Part shown: in pieces, positions 61,415 through 64,000 of the stretch | Numbering within the stretch: position 1 is the stretch's first letter | How the letters are laid out: each line of letters opens with the position of its first letter | Assembly: GCA_963775425.1 (NCBI GenBank) | Contig: CAVZJB010000003.1 | Coordinates: 192,001-256,000 of the forward strand | Direction of reading: 5' to 3' | Length of the DNA: 64,000 bases | DNA from: an uncultured delta proteobacterium | GTDB taxonomy: Bacteria > Myxococcota > UBA727 > VGSZ01 | Position numbers and translations under genes: made by a program | Notes under the pieces: model-generated | What the model was told of the DNA's origin: nothing | Seen by the model: only the letters and a program-made list of their open reading frames with translations | Databases searched by the model: none

Positions 61415-62030
61415 GAGCACCTCCAGCAGACACGTCGGCGATCGAGGCGAGCGCGCTCGCCGCATCCTTTCGTGTCGCCGTCGCCGTCGCCCTGCACTTC
61501 GCGGGCGGCGGTGACGGCATATCACCGTGTTGCTTGAGCCTGAGCCCCCTCCGCGCGCCGTGCGGCACCTCGTTCACGAGATCGATGGATCAGCCAGCGA
61601 CCTCCCGCCGCCCGTCGCGCAGCGACACGCGAAGCGTGCGGCGAGCGCTGACGAGATCGCCGTTGCGAACCTCGACAGCGCGGCCGGCCCGTCGCGCCTC
61701 AGCGCGACACGCGGAGCGTGCCGGCAGACGAAACCCCTTGTTGGGGGTGAGTCTGGAGGTCGCTGGCGCCACGTCAGTACGTGTCAAATGCTTTGGATTC
61801 GGCGGGGTAGCTCACCGGAAACTGTCACATGTACCTCCCCATTGTCCTGACACCAATTGACACGCATTGACGGGGCGCCGGCGGCCGGCGCGCCGGGCGG
61901 CGTCAAGATGGGAGCGCCTCGATGCCAAGATGCCACGTTTGGGACGCTGGCGTCCCGGCGTGGACAGTTGTTCGTTCGACGCACGCCTGTCGTCTTGCGC
62001 TGAGGCCACGCGCTCGACACGATCACTTCG

Positions 62031-63177
62031 ATGCAACCGGGCCTCCTCTTCGATAAGTCCGCCTTTCAGGCGCTCAACGAGGATGAGCATCGGTCGGTGC
62101 AAACGCTCTTCAAGGTCGGCCTCCCGCCAGTGCTAGCGAGCGAGGTCATCGCCGACCTTGCGAAGTACCCGCACGACAAGAACGGGGAGGCGAAGGTCGC
62201 GACCCTCGCGGCCAAGTTTGGAGGTTCCGGACCGCCGCTCGTAGTCGGCCACGTTACCGCCACGCTGCGCTCGCTACTGGGCGCTGAGCCACCGCGGCGC
62301 GGCGACCTTTGGTACGCAACCCCTCGTCGCGCGGTGAATGCTGACGGAGAGCCGGGCATCGTGGTCGACACCGCGCCGATCAATCACGCCATCTTTCGGT
62401 GGCGCGATGGCGAGTTCATCGACGCGGAACGGGACTACGCGCGCCGGTGGCGCGAAATGCTCGGTGAGCTGCAGTCGGGAACGTTTTCGCCGCGTGCTGA
62501 AGTCGCAACACGTCGTCTTCCCCAAAGCGAAGAACGCAGTGGACGCACTTCGCATCGCCGACGCTGAACTCGTCGATCCCGCTCTGCAGCCCGCATGGCT
62601 CGAGTGGCTCTTGGATTCGCTCGCGCCCACGCCCCAGGTTGCAGGCGCTGTGCGCCAGCGATGGGACGTTGCAGATTTACCCCTTGTCGCGTTCGCTCCG
62701 TTCGCCGCGTTCTGTGTCCGCACGATGCTGTTCTTCGAGATCCTCACGCGCGGAAAGCACATCGTCGATCGCGAGACGAACCTGATCGACCTTCGCTATC
62801 TCTACTACCTACCCATGTGCCGCGTATTCGTCTCAGACGACAAGATGCACCGCGCGATGGCGCCTCTGCTCGCCCCAGGCGATCGCTTCATCCCGTTGTC
62901 CGTGTTCCGCGCCGACTTGAAGGCCCTCGTCGAGGTTGGTGGCGGAGAGCACTTCCTCTTTCTCGGAGACGCGCTCGACGCACTCAAGAAGCACCACGCG
63001 ACGACGCCGACGTCGGTCATCGGGAAGATTGAGACATCGTGGGGTTGGGATCCGAACCGCGAACTCACGTCCTCAATGCCGCGGGAAGAGGTCCAAGCAA
63101 TCCTTGAGAGGAAGTTCCCGCAACTTTTCAGCAAGAACCGGCGAGACGAGGGAGACAGTGACGAGCAATCGAGGTGA
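62031..63177 (+). CDS. PIN-like hypothetical protein split by an apparent +1 frameshift near 62470-62490
   Basis: N-terminal LLFDKS...E..ADL and C-terminal N..D..YLYYLP.C..FVS.DK acidic motifs lie in adjacent frames; removing one base (e.g. in TTTT 62484-62487) joins them. Confidence 0.6.
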
Positions 63178-63377
63178 GGGAGCCTGGCGCCGAACGGCGA
63201 TGTCGCGTCACCGGTCACGAGTCACCTGGCGATGCTCATAGATTGCTTGCAAGACCGGCCGGCTAGCCGCCCTCAAGTACCGCAACGTTCGCGAGTCGGA
63301 GCGCCGCGGCTCCGGGCGTCGCGACCTTTTCGTGTGTCGCAACTTGCTCGCCTGGACTAGAAAGGCAGCGCAAGCCG

Positions 63378-64000
63378 ATGCCTTCGATCTTCGCCCGGGC
63401 AACCGTCAAGCGCGTCACTCCCGGCGCGCTCATGAACGAGGAGGACGTCAAGGTCCACCTCGTTATGCCGCGGTTACAGGAATGCGGCTTCACGCAGGAA
63501 GAGCTGCACCTCGAGGCGACGTTCACGCTCCGCGCCGGCCGCTACACCTTGAATGTCGGCGGCAAGGGCGCTCCCCGCGCGCACCACGTGCGGGCCGACA
63601 TCCTCGTCCTGCGGGCGGGCAAGCCGCTCATGATCGTGGAGGTAAAAGCCGACCACGTCGATCTGTCGGCGGACGACGATCGGGACCAAGCGGTGTCCTA
63701 TGCACGGCTTCATGATCCGATGTGCCCGGTCGCAGCGTTGACAAACGGCAAGCGGTGGCGGTTTTTTGACACGGTCTCAAAGAAGGAGATTTCCGCCGAT
63801 GATGTGAAGGCGTCGACAGCACTGACCATCACGCTCGAGGACGAGCTTCGGAGGGAAGCCCTCATACAATTTGTCGGTTACTCGAAGGAGAACCTCGCGG
63901 CTTTCTGCGCCGAGCAGGTTCGTACCGCTGTCGCACCGTATCTCGCCGGTCTCGATGGCACGCTGCCGCTGTTTATTCCGTCGCTCTACGTCCTGCCCGG
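63378..64000 (+). CDS. HsdR N-terminal-type PD-(D/E)xK nuclease domain protein (partial; alternative start 63432)
   Basis: Manual translation: NEEDVK...RADILV...PLMIVEVKA...RDQAVSYA...TNG; open to the window end (missing from the ORF track because it has no stop). Confidence 0.8.
   Translation, partial: MPSIFARATVKRVTPGALMNEEDVKVHLVMPRLQECGFTQEELHLEATFTLRAGRYTLNVGGKGAPRAHHVRADILVLRAGKPLMIVEVKADHVDLSADDDRDQAVSYARLHDPMCPVAALTNGKRWRFFDTVSKKEISADDVKASTALTITLEDELRREALIQFVGYSKENLAAFCAEQVRTAVAPYLAGLDGTLPLFIPSLYVLP

Larger units (their letters stand above)
59651..64000. mobile_element. Integrated element/genomic island (left end; continues beyond the window)
   Basis: tRNA-derived att, serine recombinase pointing into it, visibly more A/T-ending codons in the cargo, nuclease genes. 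Confidence 0.8.

Overview
Very GC-rich bacterial chromosome segment, most likely Myxococcota/'Deltaproteobacteria'-like (inferred from the gene families, not tested). 1.4-19.8 kb is a near-complete dcw cluster: mraZ-rsmH-ftsL-ftsI-murE/murF fusion (one +1 frameshift)-mraY-murD-ftsW-murG-murC-murB-ftsQ-ftsA-ftsZ, with no ddl, ending in a terminator. 20-54 kb mixes housekeeping genes (pgpA, cinA, prmC, yqeY) with many secreted or lipoprotein genes (Ig/VWA adhesin, 8-Cys repeat protein, beta-propellers, M23 peptidase, esterase, cytochrome c/CBM48 DUF1592-DUF1552 pair), two orphan histidine kinases, and an intact HisH/HisF-like pair that has lost essentially all catalytic motifs. 53.8-59.6 kb holds dnaG-rpoD, a structured region with a 23-bp REP-derived tandem array, a VOC gene and a tRNA(CAT). 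From about 59.65 kb an integrated element begins: a large serine recombinase reading into a tRNA 3'-end copy, then a PIN-like gene and an HsdR-N nuclease gene (candidate defence cargo) that runs off the window. Best leads: the HisH/HisF pseudo-enzyme pair, an AT-rich 26-bp motif written into synonymous codons of three dcw genes, the tRNA-associated candidate defence island, and a dispersed hairpin repeat partly absorbed into lipoprotein signal peptides. All family assignments come from motifs read by eye; no database searches were run.
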